Shown piece after piece: positions 49,970 to 59,482 of a DNA stretch of 64,000 nucleotides. Location: positions 5,036 through 69,035 of the forward strand of contig CAILQW010000004.1 of assembly GCA_903836515.1 (NCBI GenBank), read 5' to 3'. Every line of letters begins with the position of its first letter. The stretch's first letter is position 1. The stretch is from Candidatus Omnitrophota bacterium. GTDB taxonomy: Bacteria > Omnitrophota > Gorgyraeia > Zapsychrales > Fredricksoniimonadaceae. A model generated the notes under the pieces. The model was not told where the DNA came from. It made no database searches and saw only the letters and a program-made list of their open reading frames with translations. The translations under genes were made by a program, and so were the position numbers.

Positions 49970-50959
49970 CTAAGCGCCCACGATCGCGGAACGCATTTTC
50001 TCAAGGATCTTGTGCTCCACCTCGCGCATGGCCGCACGGATCGCGTTCTTGATGGCTTTGGGGGTCGAACGGCCGTGACTGATCATCACAATGCCATTGA
50101 CACCCAAAAGCGGCGCTCCGCCGTATTCGGAATAATCCGCCTGCTTCTTGACCTTGCGCAGGGCGCCCATCATCAACAGAGCCCCCACCATGGCCAGCGG
50201 GCTTTTCTTGATCTCGCGCTTCAAGACCGTGGTCGCGGATTCCATCAACCCTTCGGAAACCTTGATGATAACATTGCCGACAAAACCGGTGGAAACGATA
50301 CAGTCGGCCTTGCTGGTAAATAATTCATTGGGTTCAATGTTGCCGACAAAACGGGGAAGTTTTTCCTGCAGCAACTGATAGGCCTGTTTCTCGAAACCGG
50401 ACCCCTTGCCTTCTTCCTCGCCGATATTAACAAGACCGACGGAGGGGTCATTCCTGCCCATGACACTCTGGACATAAACCCTTCCCATCTGGCCGTAGCG
50501 GTAAAGATGCTCGGGTTTCGGCTCGGTATTGGCGCCGACATCGATGAGGAGCGCAAAACCGTTGACCTGCGGGATCACCAGCCCGATACCCGGGCGGTCG
50601 ACCCCTTCGATCATGCGCAGGAAAAACGTGGATGCGGCCACACACGCGCCGGTATTACCCGCGGATATGAACGCGTCGTACCCGGGCTGCTTGAGCAGGT
50701 TGATCCCCACGGTAATGGAACACTCGCGCTTCTTGCGGATGACATCGGTTGGACTGTCGTGCATGTCGACCACCTCGGGCGCATGCACGATCTCGATCCT
50801 GTCCTTGGGATAGTCATACCCCGACAGATGCTTGCGGACCTGCGGCTCGATCCCGACAAGCGTGACCGTGACATCGAATTCCTTCACAGCGTCAACAACA
50901 CCCGCGATGATATTCTGCGGTGCGTAGTCGCCGCCCATGGCGTCAACAACGATCCTCAA
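49970..50959 (-). CDS. plsX: phosphate acyltransferase
   Basis: MRIVVDAMGGDYAPQ N-terminus typical PlsX. Confidence 0.9.
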   Translation of the reverse strand: MRIVVDAMGGDYAPQNIIAGVVDAVKEFDVTVTLVGIEPQVRKHLSGYDYPKDRIEIVHAPEVVDMHDSPTDVIRKKRECSITVGINLLKQPGYDAFISAGNTGACVAASTFFLRMIEGVDRPGIGLVIPQVNGFALLIDVGANTEPKPEHLYRYGQMGRVYVQSVMGRNDPSVGLVNIGEEEGKGSGFEKQAYQLLQEKLPRFVGNIEPNELFTSKADCIVSTGFVGNVIIKVSEGLMESATTVLKREIKKSPLAMVGALLMMGALRKVKKQADYSEYGGAPLLGVNGIVMISHGRSTPKAIKNAIRAAMREVEHKILEKMRSAIVGA

Positions 50960-50984
50960 GGTATTCTCCTCGCTGAAAAGGAAG

Positions 50985-51176
50985 TTACTCGGCCTTCTTC
51001 ACCTTAGGGGCGACAACCTGCCGGCCCTTGTAGCAGCCCGTGATCGGGCATACGCGATGACTGAACCCGGCCTTGCTGCCCGTGCCTGTCGACGCTGCGG
51101 CGATCGTCTCGATGCCCTGATGGGTACGGCGGCGGCGGGAACGCGCTTTTGAATGTTGTCTTTTTGGATGCGGCAT
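50985..51176 (-). CDS. rpmF: 50S ribosomal protein L32
   Basis: 63 aa MPHPKRQHSKARSRRRRTH..., position after yceD and before plsX. Confidence 0.8.
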   Translation of the reverse strand: MPHPKRQHSKARSRRRRTHQGIETIAAASTGTGSKAGFSHRVCPITGCYKGRQVVAPKVKKAE

Positions 51177-51177
51177 A

Positions 51178-51627
51178 TCACTGACTCCTCTTTTTTTTCT
51201 TTGCCCCGTCATGCGGGGCTTCACACTCACATGGTTCTGTATTAAGGTCTGCCCCGCAGTCCGGGCAGATCCCCCGGCAATCTTCACGGCACAAGCGCCG
51301 CGGGGCATCGCCCATGATCATCTCTTCACGGATGCGTCCTCCCAGGTCGATCCACTCATCCCCCGGAGAAAGCGCAAAATCAAGCTCATAACGGGCCGTC
51401 TGTTCCCGGCTCAAATGCTTCAGGCACCGCGCGCAGTGATCTTCACGGACATAAGCGACGTCCGCCTGGGCTATAAGGCTATCGTCGAATTTCTGAAGGT
51501 CGACAGCCACCTTGAGCGGCTTGTCAGGATCAAGGAATTCTTCCGTCTCAAGCCCGATATCCACAGGCTTGACAACAAATTCAAGCTGGATCCCCCCCGC
51601 CACAACATCCCGGACCCTGATCTTCAT
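51178..51627 (-). CDS. yceD: YceD/DUF177 family protein
   Basis: 149 aa, C-terminal CxxC...CxxC, canonical position upstream of rpmF. Confidence 0.75.
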   Translation of the reverse strand: MKIRVRDVVAGGIQLEFVVKPVDIGLETEEFLDPDKPLKVAVDLQKFDDSLIAQADVAYVREDHCARCLKHLSREQTARYELDFALSPGDEWIDLGGRIREEMIMGDAPRRLCREDCRGICPDCGADLNTEPCECEAPHDGAKKKKRSQ

Positions 51628-52106
51628 CCGCCAAGCTTCTGCTTCAGGCGCTTTTCCACACAGCGCGGCACAAACGAGGAAATATCCGCGTTGAACTTCG
51701 CAACCTCCTTGAGCAGCGATGACGACAAGAACGAATGCCGCTCCGAGGGCATCAAAAAAACCGTTTCAATATCTTCCGCCAAGCGCCGGTTGGTGAGCGC
51801 GATCTGAAATTCATACTCGAAATCCGAGGTCATGCGCAGCCCCCGGATAAGGACGTTCGTCTTTTTACGGCGGGCATAGTCAATGACCAGGCCGTCAAAA
51901 CTCTCCACGGTAACACCCCGCATACCGACAGCCGCTTCCTTGAGGAGTTCAACCCGTTCCTCGATGCTAAAGAGGTATTTCTTGCTCGTGTTATTCGCCA
52001 CGGCAATAATGACCCGGCCAAAAATATCTGTCGCACGCTTAAGGACATCCAGATGCCCGTAGGTGACAGGATCAAAACTGCCGGGATAAATCACCACGCG
52101 CCCCAT
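51624..52106 (-). CDS. coaD: phosphopantetheine adenylyltransferase
   Basis: VIYPGSFDPVTYGHLD (HxGH) motif. Confidence 0.9.
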   Translation of the reverse strand: MGRVVIYPGSFDPVTYGHLDVLKRATDIFGRVIIAVANNTSKKYLFSIEERVELLKEAAVGMRGVTVESFDGLVIDYARRKKTNVLIRGLRMTSDFEYEFQIALTNRRLAEDIETVFLMPSERHSFLSSSLLKEVAKFNADISSFVPRCVEKRLKQKLGG

Positions 52107-52112
52107 GGGGCC

Positions 52113-52676
52113 TCACTTTTCCTGGATACGCTCCAGCACAGTCAGACAGGAAGTGCCGTACTTCTTGTCTTTGATGATATTAAAACGACCGCCGGCATCC
52201 TCGATCGCCTCATCCCTTCCATACTGGGCAACAATATAAGAATGAGGCGATAATATATCATGCGCCAAAAGGGTTTTCAAGGCTTTTCTTCCCAGCTTCT
52301 GGTCGAAAGGAGGGTCAAAAAAGACAATGTCAAAAACCCTTTTCTGGCGGGCAAATTCCTTGACCGCGGCAAAGGCATCCTGTTCCAGGACCTCGGCTTT
52401 CAACCCCAGGTCCGCAGGTTTCAGAAGAACCAGGTTTTCCCGGATCACCCGGACGCATCCGGGATCCCGCTCCACCATGCAAACCTCGGACGCTCCGCAG
52501 GAAAGCGCCTCCAGCCCCACCGCCCCGCTGCCAGCGAAAAGGTCCAGGAAGCGTATCCCTTCCAGATCATGGCCGATGATATCGAAAACCGCCTTACGGA
52601 GCATATTCTGTGTGGGACGGATATGCGCCGGCATAAAGAAATTTCGGCCTGACCAGGCCCCAAGAATGATCTTCAT
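52113..52676 (-). CDS. rsmD: 16S rRNA (guanine966-N2)-methyltransferase
   Basis: LDLFAGSGAVGLEALSCGA SAM motif, DPPF motif; coaD neighbour. Confidence 0.85.
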   Translation of the reverse strand: MKIILGAWSGRNFFMPAHIRPTQNMLRKAVFDIIGHDLEGIRFLDLFAGSGAVGLEALSCGASEVCMVERDPGCVRVIRENLVLLKPADLGLKAEVLEQDAFAAVKEFARQKRVFDIVFFDPPFDQKLGRKALKTLLAHDILSPHSYIVAQYGRDEAIEDAGGRFNIIKDKKYGTSCLTVLERIQEK

Positions 52677-54799
52677 CAGAACACCTTCCGTGACATATTA
52701 ACCTGAAATTCGCCTTCATCCCCCTTGTAAACGGGCAATTCTACCACAAAACAGGATCCCCGCCCCTCTCCCTGTGATTCGGCCCAGACCTCTCCGTTAT
52801 GAAAATCAACGATCTTGCGCACGCGGTAGAGCCCCAGCCCTGTGCCTTCTGCCGACCCTTTGGTGGTCACGGAAGGCAAAAATACATCCTTAAGAAGCCA
52901 CGGGGAGATCCCCTGGCCGTTGTCCGTGAACTCAATGCGCAGGATATCCGGCCCCTTGCGGAATATCCGAAGCGTCAGCCGTTTATCCTCACGGTTGCCC
53001 CGAACCGCAAATATCCCGTTGGTGGCAAAATTCATGAAAATCTCCTCCAGCTGAACCTTATCGCCCAGAATGAGGGGCAGGTCGGGCGCGATATCTTTGC
53101 GCAGGACAACCCCATACTTCTTCATCTGGGGATTGATGAGAAACTCGAAAGCATCCACCGCAGGGTCGATCCTGACAGGATTGAGGCCGCCCTGGCCCAT
53201 GCGCGAATACTCCAGGATCGTCTGCACCATGCCGGCCACGCGCCGGGAGGCTTCGATCATATATCCCAGCGACCTTTTGATATCCGCCCTGACCCCTTCG
53301 GGCATCACCACCTCAGGCATATCGATCGTCTCCCCGACAAGCTCAGACTGGCCGATAATGATGGTATTGGGATTATCGATCTCGTGCGCCAGGGAACTGG
53401 CCATGGCATCCAGTGACGCCATCCGCGCCCGCTGGCCGTCCTCTTCCATCCGGCGCATGGCATCCGCCCAATGGCGGCTGTTCTCCATGGCAAGCGCCGT
53501 ATGGTCAGCGATCACCCGCAGCACCATAAGATCGCGTTCGGAAAAAGGGATCCCGTCCATTTTCTCGCCAAGAAATATGATCCCCAGAAGACGGGCGTCA
53601 CGCGTGACGGCAAGCGCTGCCGCTGCAGGATGATCCTTGAAGAAAAGTGCGGCTTCGCGCCCGGCACCGAGCTCATCACGGAGCTCATCGACCAGCACCG
53701 CCCCCGATGACTTCAGGCAGGCCACGATCCGGTTCTCGGAAGGGATCTCGGGGGCGTACACCTCGCCGCCGAAAGAATCCTTCAGGGAAAGCCGCTGGCC
53801 ATCATAGAGGTAAAATGCCGCGCTTTTCAAGCGCATCACTTTGGGGAATACCTGCACCACAAACCGTGTGATCTCTTCGAGCGATTTCAGACGGGAAAAC
53901 CCCTCCGACGCCCTGAGGAGGATATCCTGATAAAGTTTTTGCTCGCTTAGGATCGAATCCTCGGCCCGCTTTTTCAACCGGGCGTAAATGAACGGCGCGG
54001 CCGTGGCCAGCAGAATCGCCAGGAGCAGCGCCTCGAACTTGTAGCCGATATGATGAAAATAAAACGGCATGCCCAACGCCAGCGCATAGGTGAGAAAAAA
54101 TATTCCCGCGCTTGTTACAGCGACACGGATGTCCATGAGACGGTGGCGAATGGTCGCATACGCGATCAACACAACATATAAAGAGACCAAAACCGCGGGA
54201 TAAGGGAACAGATCGATACCGACAACGCCAAAGAACGTTGATCCGCCGCCCAAATAGGCCAGGGCGATCCCGATAAGGATATACCTTGCCTGCTCCCTGA
54301 CAGCTCCCCTGGAATGACGGAATTTCCTGTATAAAAGCAGTGCGGCGCAAATCCATTGATAACTGTACAAAACAGGGAATATCCAGAATAAGGAACCTGC
54401 CGACGGATAATAATCCAGGCCAAACCTGGGAGTCGTTTTCTGGATAAAAGTCCCGGGGAAAATGACAACGGCCAGGAAATATCCGACCGACAGCAAATAA
54501 TTCAATATTAGAAAATGATTATAGTTAGGGTTTTCTTCCGAGAAAAACAAGGAGAACTGTAAAAAAAACAGCGGGATAAAGATCGAGGTGACACTGAGGA
54601 AACGAAACCAGAACAACGCACCCGGCTGATCTGCCGCGCTGAATCCCAAAAAGAAACTCCCCCCCCATAAAGCGACCGCAATATTAAAGAGGGACCATAA
54701 AAATTTGACGTGATCCAGGGAACGGCTGGAAAAAATAAAGATAAAACAACCGATACTGCTTAAGAAAACAACAAGCCCTGAGAACGATAAAAAATTCAT
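52676..54799 (-). CDS. sensor histidine kinase with 7TM sensor region and GAF domain (paralog of 43172-45325)
   Basis: Multi-TM N-term, GAF, HisKA (SSLAHEIDNPN), HATPase (GTGLGLYRVRKIV); start at MNFLSF after GGAG. Confidence 0.8.
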   Translation of the reverse strand: MNFLSFSGLVVFLSSIGCFIFIFSSRSLDHVKFLWSLFNIAVALWGGSFFLGFSAADQPGALFWFRFLSVTSIFIPLFFLQFSLFFSEENPNYNHFLILNYLLSVGYFLAVVIFPGTFIQKTTPRFGLDYYPSAGSLFWIFPVLYSYQWICAALLLYRKFRHSRGAVREQARYILIGIALAYLGGGSTFFGVVGIDLFPYPAVLVSLYVVLIAYATIRHRLMDIRVAVTSAGIFFLTYALALGMPFYFHHIGYKFEALLLAILLATAAPFIYARLKKRAEDSILSEQKLYQDILLRASEGFSRLKSLEEITRFVVQVFPKVMRLKSAAFYLYDGQRLSLKDSFGGEVYAPEIPSENRIVACLKSSGAVLVDELRDELGAGREAALFFKDHPAAAALAVTRDARLLGIIFLGEKMDGIPFSERDLMVLRVIADHTALAMENSRHWADAMRRMEEDGQRARMASLDAMASSLAHEIDNPNTIIIGQSELVGETIDMPEVVMPEGVRADIKRSLGYMIEASRRVAGMVQTILEYSRMGQGGLNPVRIDPAVDAFEFLINPQMKKYGVVLRKDIAPDLPLILGDKVQLEEIFMNFATNGIFAVRGNREDKRLTLRIFRKGPDILRIEFTDNGQGISPWLLKDVFLPSVTTKGSAEGTGLGLYRVRKIVDFHNGEVWAESQGEGRGSCFVVELPVYKGDEGEFQVNMSRKVF

Positions 54800-54993
54800 T
54801 CTTTCTCCAACGTCAAAAAAAATATACATACTTTTAAGATAAGAACTTTATTTTTTTATATTAACATTATCGGCCATGATTAGCCCGTTTTTTAATAGAA
54901 AAACGCCCCCTCTCTTTCCCCCTTGAGTTGCCAGAGCCATAGGATTAAAATAAGAGCAGATAAGATGATGGCAAAGGAAAGGAGCGCCGGATT

Positions 54994-55155
54994 ATGCATA
55001 CCATGAATATGACACGCGATGCCAAGGGGATGCGCAAGATGTGGCGTTTTCAACCGCAGAGTTTCGTGAGCCGGATGGGAAAGATCTTTGCCGCCAGGAC
55101 CCGCGAAGCCATGCTCTACTCCAAACGCCTGGGGCAAAGGTACCAGCCCGCCTGA
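54994..55155 (+). CDS. candidate small basic protein (53 aa), plus strand
   Basis: ATG 9 nt after GGAG, MHTMNMTRDAKGMRKMWRFQPQSFVSRMGKIFAARTREAMLYSKRLGQRYQPA; followed by hairpin+T-run on plus strand; no homology recognised. Confidence 0.2.
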   Translation: MHTMNMTRDAKGMRKMWRFQPQSFVSRMGKIFAARTREAMLYSKRLGQRYQPA

Positions 55156-55173
55156 GGGCCATGCCCGCATCAA

Positions 55174-56214
<1,041 letters not shown>

Positions 56215-56446
56215 GAACAACTCCTTATTCCCGGCCATGTTGGTGCGGCCTAAGCCTTCTTTTCATTATTCAAATAAACAAACAGCCCGGTAAAACTGAA
56301 CAAGCCGAAAGAAACAACACCCAGTTTATTGTAAAGAGCCCTTCTTTCCCGAATAATGTTCCCATTCAGTGCCGCATAGAGCTATGCCTACAATTTAACG
56401 AAATAAACGATTTTATGCAGATTGTATTACATGCTAATAGATTAAC

Positions 56447-56602
56447 CCAGATTTTGCAGTAGCATCATTTTATCGACGAGTCCCTGCGCACAAAATGGTG
56501 CGGATGCAAAATCGTCGGCTTCCGTATCTTTTCCCGTCCAGAAAAGCCGGGGTTATCCCGCGTTCATCTGTTCCTATTGGCGCACCAAAATGCGGGATTA
56601 AA
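56447..56602. repeat. copy 2 of the ~150-nt conserved multi-hairpin element
   Basis: Aligns over full length with 42955-43106; abuts stop of the 50-aa antitoxin-like ORF. Confidence 0.7.
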
Positions 56603-56750
56603 AAGCCTGACTGGCCGGTATTCTTGCAACTTTGCCATTCTTCCAAACGATCACAGGCATACCAAGCCGTTTTCGCTCTTCCACGACTTTATGAACAGCC
56701 GACTTTAACGCATCGAAAGCCTTGTCTGAAATATCTTTCGTCTTGGCCAC
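56598..56750 (-). CDS. small antitoxin-like protein (Phd/YefM-N-terminal-like or AbrB-like motif), 50 aa
   Basis: GTG start 4 nt after stop of zeta-like gene, GGAG 9 nt upstream; VAKTKDISDKAFDALKSAVHKVVEERKRLGMPVIVWKNGKVARIPASQAF; low GC like its neighbour. Confidence 0.35.
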   Translation of the reverse strand: MAKTKDISDKAFDALKSAVHKVVEERKRLGMPVIVWKNGKVARIPASQAF

Positions 56751-56754
56751 AAGA

Positions 56755-57324
56755 TCATCTCCATTTAATTACTTTTTCGAATAATACTTGATCAATAACA
56801 TTAAGTCCGCCGTTCTTCTTTGCAATCAATCGTGGCTGGGCCGCTGAATTATCAAACAAGTCCCATGCATCCAGAAAAGGCTCATAAATTTTCAAAAAGT
56901 TATACATACTCCTGTCAAACCGGCGTAAAACGTCTGCTTTAGGGACATCATGCCCACCCAAAGAAACTCTCTCCTTAATGCGCGCTAACGAAAGATCAGG
57001 ATCAGGAACCCACAAGAAAAACAAACGGATGAAATAACCCTTGGTACACAATACCTTTAATAAAGGAAGATACGTCTTGCCAGATAATGTCGTCTCAAAA
57101 CCAAAGTCTATCTTTCTGTCTGAAAAATCATTAATTTGCTTCAACACAATACGTCCGGCATGAATCGCTGATGTTTGTGGCAAAAACGGTGATAACCCTT
57201 GAGCAATAAGATCCGCGTTAATAAAATTATTACACCGCGCATACTTAGGCAGAAATTCTCGAGCAAAAGTAGTCTTCCCCGATCCGTTAGGCCCTGCAAT
57301 AATATAAAGATTAGGTTTCTTCAT
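56755..57324 (-). CDS. zeta-toxin-like / AAA_33 P-loop kinase family protein
   Basis: 189 aa, Walker A GPNGSGKTT at N-term, size and layout of zeta-toxin/predicted-kinase family; ~40% GC island. Confidence 0.5.
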   Translation of the reverse strand: MKKPNLYIIAGPNGSGKTTFAREFLPKYARCNNFINADLIAQGLSPFLPQTSAIHAGRIVLKQINDFSDRKIDFGFETTLSGKTYLPLLKVLCTKGYFIRLFFLWVPDPDLSLARIKERVSLGGHDVPKADVLRRFDRSMYNFLKIYEPFLDAWDLFDNSAAQPRLIAKKNGGLNVIDQVLFEKVIKWR

Positions 57325-57394
57325 AAAAGAGATTATACCATAAAAAGAAAGGCCGTTTAGCCGGTAATTGTAATGGGCGGAATTCCGGGCGGTG

Positions 57395-59473
57395 TTACCC
57401 CCCTGAAAGGCCTTCCAGATACGCGGGATAACGCTGACGGATGGTATCCCGGACCAGCGGATGGGCCTTCAACAACGGGTCAGCCTTGACCAGGGCCTGC
57501 GCTTCCGCACGCGCGGCTTCAAGCACCTGTCTTTGACCAGCAGGGTTGATGATTTTCAACTCGTCAAGCCCGTGCTGATGCCGGCCGAAATACTGGCCCG
57601 GCCCGCGGATCTCAAGGTCCTGCTGCGCGATCTCAAACCCGTCGTTGGTCCTGACCAGCGCCTCAATGCGTTTTTTTCCATCCTCTGTCCCGGGGTCCCC
57701 CAGAAGAATACATACGGCGTTCTTTTCACTGCGCCCGATGCGGCCCCGCAGCTGGTGAAGCTGGGCCAACCCAAAACGTTCGGCATGTTCGATCACCATG
57801 ACATTGGCATTGGGCACATCGATCCCCACCTCCAGCACCGTCGTTGTCACCAAAATATCGATCTCATGACGCTGGAAGCTGTCCATGACCCGCCGTGCGT
57901 CTTCCCGGGGCATACGGCCATGTACCAGGCCCACCCGAAGCCCCTTAAACTCATGCTCCAGAAAGTGTGCGTACATATCCACAGCCGCCTTGATATCCAG
58001 CTTCTCCGACTCTTCAATGATCGGATAAACGATATACGCCTGGGTTTTACGTTCCGCCACCCATTCCGCCACCCGCCGGTAAACCCCTTCAGCCTGGTCT
58101 CCCGTAAAATGATAGGTCTTCACCTTGCCACGGCCTTTGGGTTTTTCATCGATCGTCGAGACATCCAGATCGCCGTAAAGCGTCAAGGACAACGTGCGCG
58201 GGATCGGCGTAGCGGTCATGACCAGCACATCGGGATTTTTTCCCTTGGAAGACAAGATCGCCCTTTGTTTAACGCCAAACTTATGCTGCTCGTCAATGAC
58301 AACATAGCTAAGCGCCTTGAAGCGCACCCCCTCTTCAATGAGCGCATGTGTCCCGACCACCACATCCACCTCCCCCGCAGCGATGGCCGTGTACAGTGCC
58401 GCACGGTCCTTCTTCTTCAGTGCACTATTCAGGAGAGCCACCCTCACCTGGCCAAAAGGCGAACGGGCCAGATATTTCAGGATGGTCCGAAAATGCTGTT
58501 CCGCGAGAATTTCCGTCGGGGCCATGACCGCAGCCTGTTTGCCGCTCACAACAGCGGCCATGCACCCGAAAAGCGCCACCGCGGTCTTGCCGCACCCCAC
58601 ATCCCCCTGCAGGAGCCTCAGCATGGGACGCTTATTGCTCATGTCGGAGGTTATGGTGGCGATGACCTTCTCTTGGGCCTGGGTCAGGGCAAATGGAAAA
58701 AGACCGGAAAAACGCTTCCTCATGTCTGCAGGGATCGTATGGGCAAAACCCGGCTTGCGTGCCAGATGCATGCGCCGCAGCATGACACATACCTGGAAAA
58801 AAAAGAACTCCTCGAATGAAATGCGCCGGCTGCCTTCATCCTGCGCCTGTTCATCATCGGGGAAATGGATCTGCACGATGCTCCTGGCGATAGGCCCCAG
58901 GTGCTGGCGCTGGCGCACATCGGATGGAATGACATCATCAAGGCCGGCGGCATGATGTTCCAGGGCAAAAAAAATGAGTTTGCGCAGGTAGCGCTGGCCC
59001 ATCCCTTTGGTCAAGGGGTACACCGGGACAATGCGCCCCACACTCAGGCGCGTATCCCCCGCGGCCATGAGTTCGTATTCAGGCGCAACGATCTGCAGGC
59101 GGTCCTTAAAAAGCTCCACCCGTCCGTGAAGGACAACCTTATCGCCGACATGGAAATATTTGTCGAGATACGGCTGGTTGAACCACACGCAGTGCACCCG
59201 CGCCTGCGCGTCCCCGAATTCCATTTCAAAAACATGCTTTTTATTGAAAAAAACCCTGCGTCCGCCCTTGGCCAGGACTTCGCCTTCAACCGTCTGCCAC
59301 TCCCCCGGCTTCAGGCTGGCCACAGGCGTCATGTGACGGCGGTCTTCATATCTCAGGGGAAAAAGATAAAGGAGATCCTCGACGGTACGAACACCAAGTT
59401 TTTCGAACAGTTTGGCGCGTGCAGGCCCTACCCCTTTCAGGAACTGGATGGGGATGTCATGCGGGGATCCCAT
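57395..59473 (-). CDS. recG: ATP-dependent DNA helicase RecG
   Basis: 692 aa, wedge domain + DEQHKFG (DExH) + GDVGCGKT Walker A + helicase C. Confidence 0.9.
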   Translation of the reverse strand: MGSPHDIPIQFLKGVGPARAKLFEKLGVRTVEDLLYLFPLRYEDRRHMTPVASLKPGEWQTVEGEVLAKGGRRVFFNKKHVFEMEFGDAQARVHCVWFNQPYLDKYFHVGDKVVLHGRVELFKDRLQIVAPEYELMAAGDTRLSVGRIVPVYPLTKGMGQRYLRKLIFFALEHHAAGLDDVIPSDVRQRQHLGPIARSIVQIHFPDDEQAQDEGSRRISFEEFFFFQVCVMLRRMHLARKPGFAHTIPADMRKRFSGLFPFALTQAQEKVIATITSDMSNKRPMLRLLQGDVGCGKTAVALFGCMAAVVSGKQAAVMAPTEILAEQHFRTILKYLARSPFGQVRVALLNSALKKKDRAALYTAIAAGEVDVVVGTHALIEEGVRFKALSYVVIDEQHKFGVKQRAILSSKGKNPDVLVMTATPIPRTLSLTLYGDLDVSTIDEKPKGRGKVKTYHFTGDQAEGVYRRVAEWVAERKTQAYIVYPIIEESEKLDIKAAVDMYAHFLEHEFKGLRVGLVHGRMPREDARRVMDSFQRHEIDILVTTTVLEVGIDVPNANVMVIEHAERFGLAQLHQLRGRIGRSEKNAVCILLGDPGTEDGKKRIEALVRTNDGFEIAQQDLEIRGPGQYFGRHQHGLDELKIINPAGQRQVLEAARAEAQALVKADPLLKAHPLVRDTIRQRYPAYLEGLSGG

Positions 59474-59482
59474 GCGCTAAGC

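Noticed and set aside
54892-55173. 93-aa minus-strand ORF between pyk and the histidine kinase
   Set aside because: No RBS, sits in AT-rich promoter-like spacer, low-complexity composition; the plus-strand 53-aa candidate there is at least RBS- and terminator-supported.
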